Shown piece by piece: positions 1 to 14,100 of a stretch of 64,000 nt of DNA. This stretch comes from Eledone cirrhosa (taxonomy: Eukaryota): the NCBI GenBank assembly GCA_964016885.1, contig OZ024743.1, positions 373,364,001 through 373,428,000 on the forward strand, given 5' to 3'. Position numbers and translations under genes: made by a program. Under the pieces are notes generated by a model. That model did not search any database, was not told where the DNA came from, and saw only the letters and a list, made by a program, of their open reading frames with translations. Every line of letters begins with the position of its first letter. Positions within the stretch are counted from its first letter, which is position 1.

Positions 1-160
1 TGTGGAGGTGCCACGGCAAAAAAGCACCCAGCACTCACTGTAAATGAGGTTGGTGTTAGGAAGGGCATCCATCTGTAGAAATCAGGCCAAAATCAGTTCC
101 CGTCCCACCCTTGCAAGCAAGGAAAAAGCGGAAATGAAATGAAAAATGAAATGTAAGATG
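1..160 (+). mobile_element. SINE family B (core ggttggtgttaggaagggcatcca.ctgtagaa; RTE-derived tail)
   Basis: Tail cgtcccacccttgcaagca.ggaaaa.gcgga matches the RTE 3' end at 10449-10490; other copies at ~3895-4190, 13305-13640, 16815-17080(-), 22886-23293 and 31680-31860(-). Confidence 0.75.
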
Positions 161-847
161 ACAAGCAAGCTAACAGAAAAGAAAAATTGTGTGTAGCAGA
201 TATACAGGAGGAGTTATTTCACTTTGTTCCAATCAATTAGTACCAGCAGCAGATGTTAACCTTGTGAAGGATTGTCCTTCTGTTAAGGGAAAGGATGTCA
301 TCTTGTACTAATAGCCATTTGACACTACATGAAACCAAGATAAGCTCCAACCCGATGAGACCCAATTAAAAAGAATTTAATACAAGCTTCTTTTTTACTG
401 TTATTGGAAGTAACTTAACTTTTTTGTTATAATTTTTATAAAATACACTGCCTATGAGTTTCAAATAATTTTGAAAATAATCAACATTATTTGGAATATA
501 ATTAACAGTGTTTGGAATATAATTTAAAGGTTCTTATATCAAATTATGATGGAAAGTTTTTAGACAAATATAAACACTTTGAAATAAAGAGTTTTGTATT
601 GTGGAACTTAGCAGTTTCAAGACAGTTTGTGACTTAGTGATGTAACTAATATTCTCATTAAGTTGGTTTCTTGCATAAAATCAAGATAGAAAATAAACAT
701 ATACACTTTAATTCAAACAGTTTTGTCTGATAGAACCAAGGGTTAAATGTTTTCCCAACCAGAAGAAATTAATACAAGGTTATATATGTTTTTTCTGCTA
801 TCAAAATAATTTATTAATTGATTGATTTTTCTATTTTCTTTGTTCAG

Positions 848-1785
848 ATCAATGTGTGCATTCTTCAGACATCAATTGTTGAAGAAATGGTGTCATTCTC
901 AGCGTTAGACAACATACATGATTTTACCTGTGTTTCATTACTGGCAGTCTGTATCAGCAACATTGAATGTCAGTTGCTTTCTAACTGCCACTCTTGTAAA
1001 ATTGCTAATGATAACAGTCCAAGCAGTAGTCTCCATCATTCTACAAATTTGTTGGTCAATAAAGAGAAACCCTCAAAAGGAACTTCCACTACAGTTGGTG
1101 GTGCAGGAACTGACTCCACAAACACAGAATGTTACAAACTCTCTGAAACATCGAAAGATGAAAATGTTGGAACATTGTCAATTGAGAAGATTCACTTTCA
1201 GTTCCGGCGACTCTTGAAGCACAGTAACTTTTCCGAAAATGTCATTCTGACAGCCATTCCAGAGTTTCGGTCTAAAGTTCTGTTTGTGTTTGATAAAGAA
1301 AGTATACCTTGTGAATCAAAACAGAGCACATTGAGTCGAGAGTCATCACAGACCAGTGGTCGAGAATATCGGCAAAAATCTGACGAGCTTGGTATCGGCT
1401 TCATTATGTTTGAATGTGGTATGGAAGGAATTAATTTAACAGCTGTACGGAGACTGGGTTTCAAAGAAAATATTGATACTGAATTTCAACATAAGATGGA
1501 AGAAATTGAAAAGACTCTTGAAGAAATGCAAGAACAAACCAAAACAGAACTTGATAAGGGAGAAGTTCCAAAGAAATGGCAAGAAAAGAAGAATTCTATG
1601 TCTTCATGGGATTCAACCATGTCAATAACCTCTTCAGATAGCCAGTTTCCATCTTTAGAAAGACTTACCAAAATGAGTCCTTTAGAAGGTGACGCTTCAA
1701 GTGGAGTTCTAAAACTGGAGACAATCTGGTTTAATTTTGCGGCTCCTCCTCCTTTGCCTATGAGGAGGAAAATGGACTTCACAAG
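848..1785 (+). CDS. BLTP1: BLTP1 exon w1 (INVCILQ...MDFTR)
   Basis: ttcag| acceptor; AG|gtgtgt donor, phase 2; ORF 818..1846. Confidence 0.88.
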
Positions 1786-4700
1786 GTGTGTATTTAGGTA
1801 TCATTACATTTTTCCCCTCCATGACTCATACTGTTCACTTTTCTGACTTTTGTACATTATTTTATGTACTATCCATGCAGAGCTGAATTTGATGGGCCAC
1901 GCGCTTCCATTCAGTCGCTTAATCCGGCCATGATTCTCTTACCTCTTTCTGTTGAAACCGGCCATAACTGGCCATTCATACTGACGTTAAGGTATTGTTC
2001 TCAAAATAACATCAGAATCTCATAGATTTGATATTATGTGAGATAATTATGTGAGGTAAAGCCTTTACCACAAAAATGCAATAGTAAATATAGAGTAATG
2101 TAAATACTAAAGGTTTAATGCTGATGAAAACAGGATAAGTATTGGTCTGATGAACTTCTGGGCTTAGGAAAAAAAAAAAATGATGTGTTTCAACCTGTGT
2201 ATTTTAGTTCTAAAATCCAACACATTTTCTTTTCTCAATCACTATATTTCACTATATTTTCTTTTTAAATATTCCATTATATTTATATTAAAATATTTCT
2301 AGGTTCAGCTGGGATCTATTGTTTACTGCAACACCAGCTATCACATCCCCATTTTTTGTTTAAATGTTCCTTTATATATATATATTTTTAATCCTATTTC
2401 TCGGCTCAATTGGAATCTATTGTGCACTGCAACACCAGCTATCACATTCACTTTATTTTCTGTTTAAATATTCCTTTATATATTTTTTAATCCTATTTTT
2501 AGGCTTGACTGGAATCTGTTGAGTACTGCAACACCAGCTATAAACTCTTGGTTAAACCCCACCGATCATTTAATTGTTGCAATCAAACATCTGAGAGATG
2601 CTCTTACTCATCGCAATTGCTCTGTGATGGCATGTATTATGACTGAGGCATTGGAGGTCCAAAGTATACATATGCCGTACAAGGTAAGTTGTAGTAGGCT
2701 ATAGTCTGATTAGGGATCACATTTTTAATGTTTGTTTGTATATGCAGGTTGTTTGCTTGTGTGTATGCATCTGTGTGTGTGTGTGTGTGTGTGTGTACAT
2801 GCAGGTTGTTTGCTCTTGTGTGTCTGTATGAAGATTACTTGTATGTGTATGTAAGTGTGTGAATGTTGTTTGCTTGTGTGCATGTGTATATATGGACACA
2901 GAAATAGCTGGGTGGTTATGTTCACTTTGCAATCTTTTGTCATCTTGGGCAAGTTTCTTTTCCCTCACAAGCTTTGTGTTGACCAAGGCTTTAAATGAAA
3001 TTAAGTAGAGGGAAACTATGTGGAAGCCCATCAGACAGATTGTACCTGTATCTTGAAGGTTTATCCTTATCACTTTATATTACACTGGTTATTACTGATT
3101 AAAGGTACATGAACAATTGAATACTCATCACTCAAACCAAACTTTCATTTCTATGTCTCTCATAAAAGACATTGCCTATGATTTTCAAATAATTTTGTCA
3201 AGAATTTCCAGAGATTTAGTCGTATAACCAACTTCCTTGTTATTAAGCTGGTATTAGGAATATAACTTACATAACATTATGATACAGTTTTTAGATGAAT
3301 ATAAATACCTCAAAACATGCATTCGTGAGTTTGTGTTGAATAGTAATATTATAATAATATTATTAATATGCCATTCTGAGTTCAAATCCTGCCGAGGTTA
3401 ACTTTGCCTTTCATCCTTACGGGGTTGATAAAATAAAGTACCAGTAATACACTGGGTAATTGCTGGCCTTGTGCCAAAACTAGAAACAATTATTAATATT
3501 ATTATTATTCAATATAAAATTCACGAATGCATTTACGCATCTGCTATGTCAGAGCGAAAACAAATTTAGTTTATGCCTTAAAACAGTTTTGTAGCCAGAA
3601 GTTTAAGCATAGCTGTTCACTTAGGAAGCATTGGGAAAGTTCTTAATTTGAAATCTGTCTGTCCCTACACAAATGACCCCATATCCATTGTTGATCACTA
3701 TAAATAATAAAGAAAATTAGGTAAAGTTATGCTTGGACATGGGAAGATGTAGTCAGAGGTACCTCTATCGACTTTCTTCCATCTCCAGGGTTACTTTACC
3801 AAATTTTCTCAACTATTACTGAAGTAACTAACTGTTATTATGGTCATTTGCATTGGGACAGGTGAAGGCTAGAAAAAAATGAAGTATCTACATAATAAAT
3901 GCACTCAGTACATGCTATAAAGTGGTTGGCGATAGGAAGGGCATCCAACTGTAAAACACTTGCCAAGCAAAAGGTTGGGAGTACCCTTCAGTTGTGTCAG
4001 ACATGAAAGCGTCCCTTGTGCTGGTGTTACAATAACATGCACTCGGTAGAGTGCAGGATTATATGTGAGATATGGGCCCATGGCCTATTTAAGTGGTCAG
4101 TTGACCTGCTTGAGTACTGATTCAGTCTGTAGTGACCTATACAACCTTTGCTAACAGGGAAAATGGATATTGAATAATGATGATGATGATGCTTTGTATT
4201 GTAGGGGCAGTTTCATGTAGTTTGGTATCAAAAAGGTGAAAACGTTTGGCACCAGGAAGGAAATATGGCTGTAAAACATTGTCTCAAAATACCATTAGTC
4301 AATGCAAGGCTACAGTAGAAGATTCTTGCTCAAGGTGCCATATACATTGGAATTGAACTTGAAATCATACTGTTGCTTTACAATGTTCTTAACCTCACAA
4401 CCATATCCTTATATTTGATGTCAGTATTCCTGAAGAACTTTGGAAATTATATAAGGATCAGCTATATTCTCATTTAATAACATAATATATATTCTAAAGA
4501 TTATTGACTTTTCTCTGGCTAAATTCATAGAATATATTTCTCCCTAATTGGAAATGCAAAAATGGAAATTTATCAAATTCTCCATCTTATTGATTTGCAT
4601 AAATTTGCATAGACATTTAAGGAAGGATTTCATCAAATCGGATAACCATTTTCTTCTAATAATTTTAATATTTCCAAAATTTTAAAACTAATTTTTTCCA

Positions 4701-7700
4701 CTCTGTTGGTCACTGGCTTCTTTTTGTTATTTATTTGAATGTGTGTGTCTATTAGTTGTATTTATGTGTTAATGTATTGGTGATTGTATGTGTATGAATA
4801 CATCTGTATGTGTCAATGTGTGTGTGTGTAGGTGAATGTGTGTGTGAATGTGTATAAATGTGTGCATATGTCTGTGTGTCTGAATGTGTGTGCATATGAA
4901 TAGGCTGAAATCTTTTACTTCACCCAAGATTTGTTGTCTGGTTTAAATGGCTTATATATCTTAATACTGTCTTAAGCTCTTGTAGTCAGACAACCAGGCT
5001 TCCTAATAATTAACCTTTCATTTGCATAATTCCTGCTTTTCTAAATGTTCCTTTTATTGGCTGGAATCATTAAAGCAACAGATAAAATACATTGTGTGAA
5101 GGTGTGTTGCTCGAAGGTTGTCGGTTCATTTCCTGGACCGAGTGTCATGTTGTTTTTAATCAAGACACTTCATTTCATTTCATGGTGTTCTAATTCACTG
5201 GACTGAGTGACATGTTGTTTTTAATTAAGGCGCTTCCATGGTGTTCTAGTTCACTGGACTGAGTGACATATTGTTGGCACATTACAATTGTTTCAATATC
5301 AATCAACTCGGAGTACAATCAACATGACTGGGCCCGACTCTTTTTCTACATCTCATCAGATATGCAAGTTTGTATGTGCAAAGACACATCTAAACTGTTG
5401 ACAGAGGTCCCAGGATCTTTTTATATACACTTATTTTTAGGGAGGTGGGAGAGGGAGATTGAAACAATTGTAATATGCCAATATTATAATATGTACATAT
5501 GCTGCAACTTTGACTTTGATTCTACTTAATCTATTTACACTCTGCACTCTACAACTGCCTTAACTCTGGAATACAACCCACATGAGATGGACTTTGTAGC
5601 AGCACTGAGTTCTTTGAATAGCACACTGCCTGTAACTAGTTACACACTTAATTAGCACACACACACAGAGCCATATTTGGCTTTCCGTACAATAATAATT
5701 TTAGGGCTATTTTCCCTACTAATGTAGGTTTTAACCTTGCAGACTCCTTGACAGGCTTCATATTCATCATAGTGTCCATTTTAAGGCAATGTTTTACAAA
5801 CAGATGCCACCATTCCTGGTGCTATTCTTTTGAGACACCTCTTACAACCTGCAAGTATATGATATACCTATTTTAAACCAAATATCTGCTTATAAGTTCA
5901 TTTTGTACTGTTGCTAAATTTGTTGCTTTGATGATGATATAATTTTCATCTTTGATGGTAAATTTAATTAATCCTAAATTAGAATTCTTTCTTTAATTTC
6001 TTGTTTTCAGAGAAAATTTAACAAGTTAAATGGCTTGTCAAAAATTCTTCAAGAGGATCCTTCTTGTCAATTGTTCACTGTTCTACGGAAATATGTGAAA
6101 AGTTGTGGCATTAGTGCAATTGAAACAGCTGTCAAATCTGATACAATTCCCCAGTTAATAACAATTCAGAAAGGCATCTTAGCCCTCACACGACAGTGGA
6201 AGACAGTGTTGTACATGCCACATCTTGCTGACATGCATCTCAAATCGAAAAAGGCAGCGAAACCATACACAGTGGCATTTACTTTACCTGTCATGGATGC
6301 TTCTAATAATTTTAGCATGGATGATACAGAAATGCCAATTGAGCATTTTGATATTGTAGATGAACGGACATCTTTACTGCTGGCAGAGGGTGGATCCATC
6401 CATCAGTCTATATCGATGCCCAGCTTGTCTGGTCATAGCATTCCAGTTCCTCCATCATTGGCTGTGAATCATCCACCACAAGGTCCAGTTATCATCACAA
6501 GTTGCCCTGATGATGATGACGATAATGATAACACGAACAGACAGACGAAACGAAAGCAGGTGGTGACAGAATCGCCCGAGCCGTATTTTCATTTGAAGCC
6601 TGCAATAGCTGCAAACTCCCCTATGACTCGAAATGAGAGTACATACAGCTTTGTTTCTGCGGCTGGCAGCATGTCCAGTCTTGAACACGGCTTAAGCAAT
6701 ACTCCACCACAAACTCCCCTTCGTAGCAACTTTCCTCGGAGTATACCATTAGTCAGAAAGAACCACAGAAATGCAGATAATTTGTACGAATGGATGGCTC
6801 AGCAACAAAATCGTATAGGCAGTCATTTTACAAACCTTTGTCCATCTTCTCGACGCCAAGACTCTATTATGACTGCTTTTGCCAGTAATTTTGGTAGTGA
6901 CGAAAGCAAGGTGGGTATGAGTGCAGAACACTTAACACTTGCCACCTCAATTTTGCAGTTAGCAGATGCTCAGATGCTCTTTAAACCATTTTTAGAATCC
7001 ATTGGTCTTCATGTTGAAGGAGTACGAACATCTGCTCTCATGAAAAAGTTTGGTGGCCACCTATCTTTGCAAGGTAGATTGAACACCATGAAAATTCAGA
7101 TTGCCGAGTCTTCGGATCTCACATCGAAAGGTAAGGGCAAATCTAAGACTACACGTTTTATAAAAGTGATTAACACAAGTGCTGACAACCCTGCTTTCCT
7201 CTGTGAAGATTTTGTTGTTAATATTGGAATGAGAGATGTTGTTGATTTCGAGAAGAACAAAGGCAAAGACGAAAGGAAGTATGTCTCTTGGAAATTTGCC
7301 ATGCACAAACTAGAAGCAAAACCAACAACGCTGAAAGTGAATTTTATGATCAATTGCCATTCTGTAACTCAACATGTGGACATGCCTCTCCTGCGTCTGA
7401 TTCATCAGTTTGTCACAATGATTGATAACATCAATGAGACCCGTGTCGAACTGAAGCAGAACCGACCAGCTGACTCAGACTGGCAAAAAACACATCGTAA
7501 ACAGGATTCTAAAGATTCTACATCTAGTGCCGATACTCAACAATCACACACATCAAAGACTCTACCAACTGAACAAGATACTCCTACCCCTGATGCTAGT
7601 GTCAGTTCAGATGTATCCAGCCATGAGGGTACTAAAATCATCACTAAACGTAAAAATAAACAATCACCAAAAGTTCGTGTGTCTCAACCATTGGAATCGA

Positions 7701-8439
7701 AACGCCCTGATAAACTGCCCTTAATGTCCCTGCGGAGAACCCATTTAAGATTCTCCGGCAAGAGTAAAAAATCAGGGTCTCGATCTCAGCAATCGAGTAT
7801 ATTAACACCACCGCACTCATTGAATCTCAGTGATTCAGTGACCATAGACATAGGAGATACTTCATCGCCAGTGTTTGCAGAGAAGACAATTGTTGATGAA
7901 ATTAAAGAATCAACTCCACGCTGCTGGCGTACATTGTATCATCTACTTGAACTTTACTCCACGATGCCAACCACGAAGACACTTGGCCGTAAGCCATCTA
8001 TGCTTCCTGCCATTGCAGAAGAAGAAAATGAAAAGGACACTAGTAAGAATGATTCCAAGAGCTTGTCAAATGCTGAAGAAGGAGTTAGTAATGCTGCTAA
8101 GAGTAAAACAGAAAATGAAGACATTACGAGTGCCAACCTACATAATCGGTCCATGATTGGTAGGAGTACATTCAAACAAAGTGAGTACCCCATATTGTCT
8201 ACTAAATTATACAGAGTAACAGTATTTGAAGATAAGAAAATCTTTTTTACTTATTTACTTTGATGTCCTGACTGCAGTTTCGTTGAGTAATCAGAGTTTT
8301 TGAGCACTGTGAGAAGTCTCAGCTCATCAGATATTCTTCAATCTGTGGACATATAAATATTTCAAAATGTTCCATATAATATCTCAGTTTCTGAAGATTC
8401 CTGAAAGCCAAAATTATTTGGTCAAACTTTTAATCTCTT

Positions 8440-8499
<60 letters not shown>

Positions 8500-9031
8500 G
8501 CATATAAAATGTTAAAACAAATAAATTCCTAATCATTAGAACATTCAGCAGGATACATTATATGTGAGAAGACTAATTATAATTGTTAGGTTAGTTGCAG
8601 TATATTAAAGAGTAAGAGCAAAAGAATATTATAATGAAATTATAATACTTTATTACTATCTTTTCATTATAATTAAGAAAATTTGTTTTAAAGCTATAAG
8701 TATTCTGAGGTATATGATATATATAAGGATTATTAATTATATAAAAAAATCTGTAGTATATCTGATATTTTACATCGAACTAATTATCTTACTGGTAATC
8801 GGGTAATATACAATGTTACCCTTATCTTATTTATAATTCTATATATAAGTATAACTATTACTATATATATAAATATATATTCAAAATTATAAGAAAGTCA
8901 AGGGTATGAAATTATCATTTATTCATACATTTCTATGCACATGTCAATACGGCTAAAATATCACATCCATTTGCAAAGGAAAATGGTAAAGTACTTCACT
9001 ATAATCATATATATCATCATCATCATCTATA

Positions 9032-9070
<39 letters not shown>

Positions 9071-9111
9071 TATAACGAAGGAAATGTGGTAAGGAACCAG
9101 GTGGACCATTC

Positions 9112-9142
<31 letters not shown>

Positions 9143-9759
9143 GGTGGCTGCCAACTCGTTTTCGAGTACGGCCACTACTTTATATCCATGTAGGAGAACT
9201 CCTACCAATGCGCTGAACGAGTGTGACTTTTTAGTCCAGCCAGCGACTTGAAAACTCTGGTACAAACACTACACCTGTGACAATTATTGACACATAGTGC
9301 TGGGCCCTTGGTACCAAGTGACGACAAGTGCAGAGAGATCAGAGATCTCCAGATATAAAGCAATGCCTGTGCCGTGAAGCTTTTATAGTGAGCAAAGGCA
9401 CTGCACAAAGCCAGTCCCACTCTCTTAACCAAGATAATATTTACCAAAAAGAAGAACAAGTCAACATCATTGGATACCATCAGGGTTGCAGGTGTTATAT
9501 CAGAGTTTTCCTTCTCCTAGAATTCTGCCTTGACAAAGGCTAAGGGGTCATCTCTCCCAGTGATTTTGGATGGCCATTGACTCTAAAGAGCTCCTTTGCC
9601 CTTTGACAGGTTTTGTTTTTAGTCCTGCAGGATGTCCAAAGTCACCCTCCTCACCAAGAAACCTTGGTGGGGTTGCCAGTTTAGTCGCCAACGACCCGAC
9701 CATGGGACAGGTTGTACTGGGATACATGTTACCAGTAGCACCAACTGGTGACCTGACAC

Positions 9760-9790
<31 letters not shown>

Positions 9791-11067
9791 TAAATATGTA
9801 TGCAGTAGATGTACAGGGAAATTAGACAGTAGAAGTCGCATTGATAGACACGTTTTTCAAATGCAGGAGGGCGCTATAGAAGTGGTGGATAGCTTCCGGT
9901 ACCTAGGAGATCAGATTAGCATGGGAGGAGGGTGTTTCGAGGCCATAGTATCTAGAATAAGGACGGGTTGGAAGAAGTTTAGGGAGCTGCTTCCTCTGTT
10001 GACGAAGAAGGGTTTCTCCCTGCGTACGAAAGGCCGGTTGTATGATGCCTGTGTGAGGAGCGCGATGCTGCATGGTAGTGAGACATGGGCAGTAACTGCA
10101 GAGGACATGCGACGGCTGGAGAGAAATGAGGCAAGCATGCTCCGTTGGATGTGCAGTGTAAATGTGCGTGAACGACCCAGCTTAAATGTGTTGAGAGAGA
10201 AACTGTCTGAGAGGGATAGAATGTAGTGTACGGGAGAGGAGACTGAGGTGGTATGGGCATGTGATGCGCATGGAGGATGACCGATGAGTGAAGAAGTGCC
10301 AGGAAATGCCAGTTGAAGGAAGACGTGGTAGAGGTAGACCACGAAAAACATGGGCGGAAGTGGTGAGAACAGACCTCAGATCATTGAAGCTCACAGTGGA
10401 GATGACGAGGGACTGTGACGAGTGGAGAGATGCTGTGCTGAATAAGACCCGTCCCACCCTTGCAAGCAGGGAAAAGCGGACGTAAAATGATGATGATGAT
10501 ATATATATATATATATATAGTAAAATAAAATAAAACAAGGATGGTTGGTTACTCCTTCATTACGTTTATTGGTTGGTGACGCGCATTTCGCCACAGATCA
10601 GCTCAAGGTTGGATCTGTATCGATCTAGCCCATCGGGTCTGACAAGCCACGGATTACAGAGACGGGCTAGATCGATACAGATCAAACCTTGAGCTGATCA
10701 GTGGCGAAACGTGCATCACTAACCAATAAATGTAACGAAGGAGTAACCAACTGTCCTTGTTTTATTTTATTTTACTATAATACACTCTGTCTAGCTCTAC
10801 ACCTTGACACTGAAGTGAACCTAACTAACGAGTGCTCACTCGGGTGAACGTACAGTAACTCCAAGTTACACTCCCTCGATATATATCTATATATTATAAA
10901 GTAAAATGAAATATGGCCAGACAAGTTGAATTCCTGCACCACCAGCATGATTCAACATCAAAGATGGATGAGTTGCATAATGTCGAGTGCTTTTATCATA
11001 TTACATCATGGTTAACATTGCAGAATGACCAAATTTAAACGTATATATATATATAGTGTATGCAGAC

Positions 11068-11105
<38 letters not shown>

Positions 11106-14100
11106 CTGTGTCAAAGCTATGTTAACCTCCCTAGTGGTGGTGCCTTAATAAAATGTACTAGGCGGGAATATTTGTAAGTGAGATGTAGTACCCCCTCCTT
11201 CCTCCGGCCTATCTGAGAGGTCTGTGGCTCCACTTGAGTCCTGACTTGGTTCGTGAAGACCTGCCCAACTCTTGCTAGCAGAGAAGACTGACATTAAGTA
11301 TGATGATGATGATGATGATGAAACAATCGCAACAGGTGATGATAGTGATGATTATGGTCTTCTATTTTAGGTTTTTATATTGGTGAAACTATACCTCTGG
11401 TGGTATTTGGAATTGCAAAAGTAGAAAAATTTCGTATTCTAGCAGCATTAAGTGGTTTAAAGTTGGACGCAGAACTGAAGTGTGTTCATGCCAGTGGAGC
11501 ATACAGAGAAAAAGTAAAAGGTAAGTTTAGAGAGTTATATAATGGTTTATCTCCTCTCTCTCCTCCTATCTCTCTCACCCCCCTCTCTCTCACCTCCCCC
11601 TCTCTCTCACCTCCCCCTCTCTCTCACCTCCAAGTATTTCTAAGGCCTACGTAAAATGATGATGATGATGACATAGTCCAATGTCTGTTGTGTAGCACCC
11701 CAATAACTGACTGCACCAGTTATGGGAACTTGGTTGATGGATTGATAATGGTTTATATTATATAACAGACTATCTAAGGCGCTTTGTTTTTAAAATGATC
11801 TAGTATACTTACACACCCACACCCAGGCCGACACACACACACACACACTCATACTGACACCCAGAAACAGATACACATACATAAGCATACACATACACAA
11901 ACATCATAGACAGATACACACAAGCACATATTGTAGTGTACCTGAGCACTTTACACAATAATTTCATTATATTATATATTATATGCATACAGAGGTAAAC
12001 ACTCAGGCACACACACACAGATACACACAAGCACAGAAGCACACACACACACACAGAACCACACACACACACACACACACCATACCATTCCATACCATAC
12101 CATACCATACCATACACACAGAGAAAACCAGACATTTCAACATTGTCCTCTAAATCCCAAATGTTTGACCTATTGTAGGTTTTGTGGGTAAAAGTTCATC
12201 TGAATCTTCAATTACTGCCCATATTGGACACACAAGAATTGGACTTTTGGAAGGAATACTTCCTAATATGACGTGAGTTATCCCTTTATTTACTTTAATA
12301 TTTATTACCCATAACAGTGGTGGGCTTGGTAGAATTGGTATTGGATTAGATAGAATGCCATTACATTGTTTTTTTTTGCCCATTTATTCCTGAGAGGGTT
12401 GTGAGGGCAGTGTCCTCAAACACTCCCTCCAGCAGGTCCTGTCAGAAGCAAGCATTTCCAACTGATCCGGGTGGATGCTCAAGTGAGACCAACCAAGCTC
12501 ATGGATGATATCCAACCATTTTGCTCAAGGTCTACTCCTGGGTCTCCTGCCAGTTGGGTTTGCTTGTAAAATTTGTCCAGCGATTCTTTCCTGAGACATT
12601 CTAACCATATGTCCATAGTATTGGAGCTGTGATCTCTCAATTCGGAGAAGTAGTGGCTGTACCTGGAGTGACTCTGTGATCTGCAAGCTATGCACTCTAT
12701 AGAGTAACATTACTCCAATGCCATTACAAGTTTTCCAATTTTGGGATAAAAAATATGCTTTTGTAGCACAGTCTCCAATGGTAATGATTAGATGTTGTTG
12801 CACAGGCAGTGTGGAGAACTCCTGTTGGTTTTCCCAATGTTTTCTAATACCACCATGCTTTGATGACAGTATTCTGTTAATTTGCAATTGAGTATGACTT
12901 AGTAGTATGTATTATGCTTTCACTAAGTGTTTTGGGTGTCTGTGCAGCTGTGAACAGACACAGATACCCTTTTAGTTTTCACTCCCCTGGTTCAGCTTTA
13001 CCAAATCAATCTCCTTTCCTTAATAATTTGTGTGAATTGTTTTGTAATTTCTCCAGAATTGTGGTGACAGTGGACGTAAGTAAGTCACAAGGTCTGTACA
13101 CGAGTGTAGTGAGGCGCAGCAAGAAACACAACTCTGCTTTGATCTCCATTGGAGCTATTGACGTCGATATACCACAGCATCCTGTTGTACTCCATGGAAT
13201 GATGGCCCGCAGCTCGAAACAGTTATCTACAACATTTCAAGAATTTCGGAGAACAGCTCAAAAATCAAGGTAAGGTATCTTTTATTTAATGGTGATATAT
13301 ATGATAAATACACCTAGTACACTCTGTATAGTGGTTAGTGATAGGAAGAGCATCAAGCTGTAGAATGCTTGCCTCCTCAAAAATTATTGCAAGGACTCTT
13401 TATCTGTGTCAAAAACATGAACCTTCCCTAGTGCTGGTGTTATGATAAAATGCACTCAGTTGCATGTGAAATTGTATGTGAGTTGCAGGTCTCCGGCCCA
13501 TCTGATTACTTGTTAGAGTATTGAAATGTATATAAGCAAGATGTAAGTTCCTGGCCCATCCATGAGGTCCCTATCTCCACTTGTGTGCTGATGACCCATA
13601 CAACCATTGCTAGCAGGGAAAGCAGATGTTAGATGATGATGGTACTTTTTGTACTGTTTTTTCCCAATATGTTCTTTATTTTTATATAGATTATAAGGGT
13701 AGTAGATTGGCAGAATGGGTAGAGCATCAGACAAAATGCCATTATGATATTTATTTTGGCTCTTTACATTCTGAGTTTAATCTGGCCAAGGTCCTTTCGT
13801 CCTTCTGGGGTCAATAAAATAAAGTACAAGTTAAGTATTGGGGTTGATATAATCAACTTTGCTGGCCTTGTGCTTAAATTAAAAATGAATTTTTACATAT
13901 TATATATATATATATATATATATTTCTTTGTTTCTTGCAGACAACCAGATATTTCTGAGTCAATCAATCCTGAAGTTGTTGCAGCAGAACTAGCTAATGC
14001 TGCCAAAATGACTGCTGAAAACAAGCTAAAGGCAGAGAACCATTTGAAAACTGTCACTCTTCACATTCACTTCAAGGCTATATTACAGGGCCTGACAATT

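Noticed and set aside
818-847. Gene start at ORF 818 (and at 6035)
   Set aside because: These are non-ATG ORF-caller starts; the sequence upstream of 848 and 6011 is pyrimidine tract + AG, so both are internal exons.
8391-8410. Third hammerhead motif (ctgaagattcctgaaag)
   Set aside because: No stem II G-C pair, no stem III and no cleavage triplet; likely chance.
9570-10226. Single 218-aa gene
   Set aside because: Chimeric ORF spanning an antisense RTE 5' UTR, a (TA)n tract and a separate RTE fragment.
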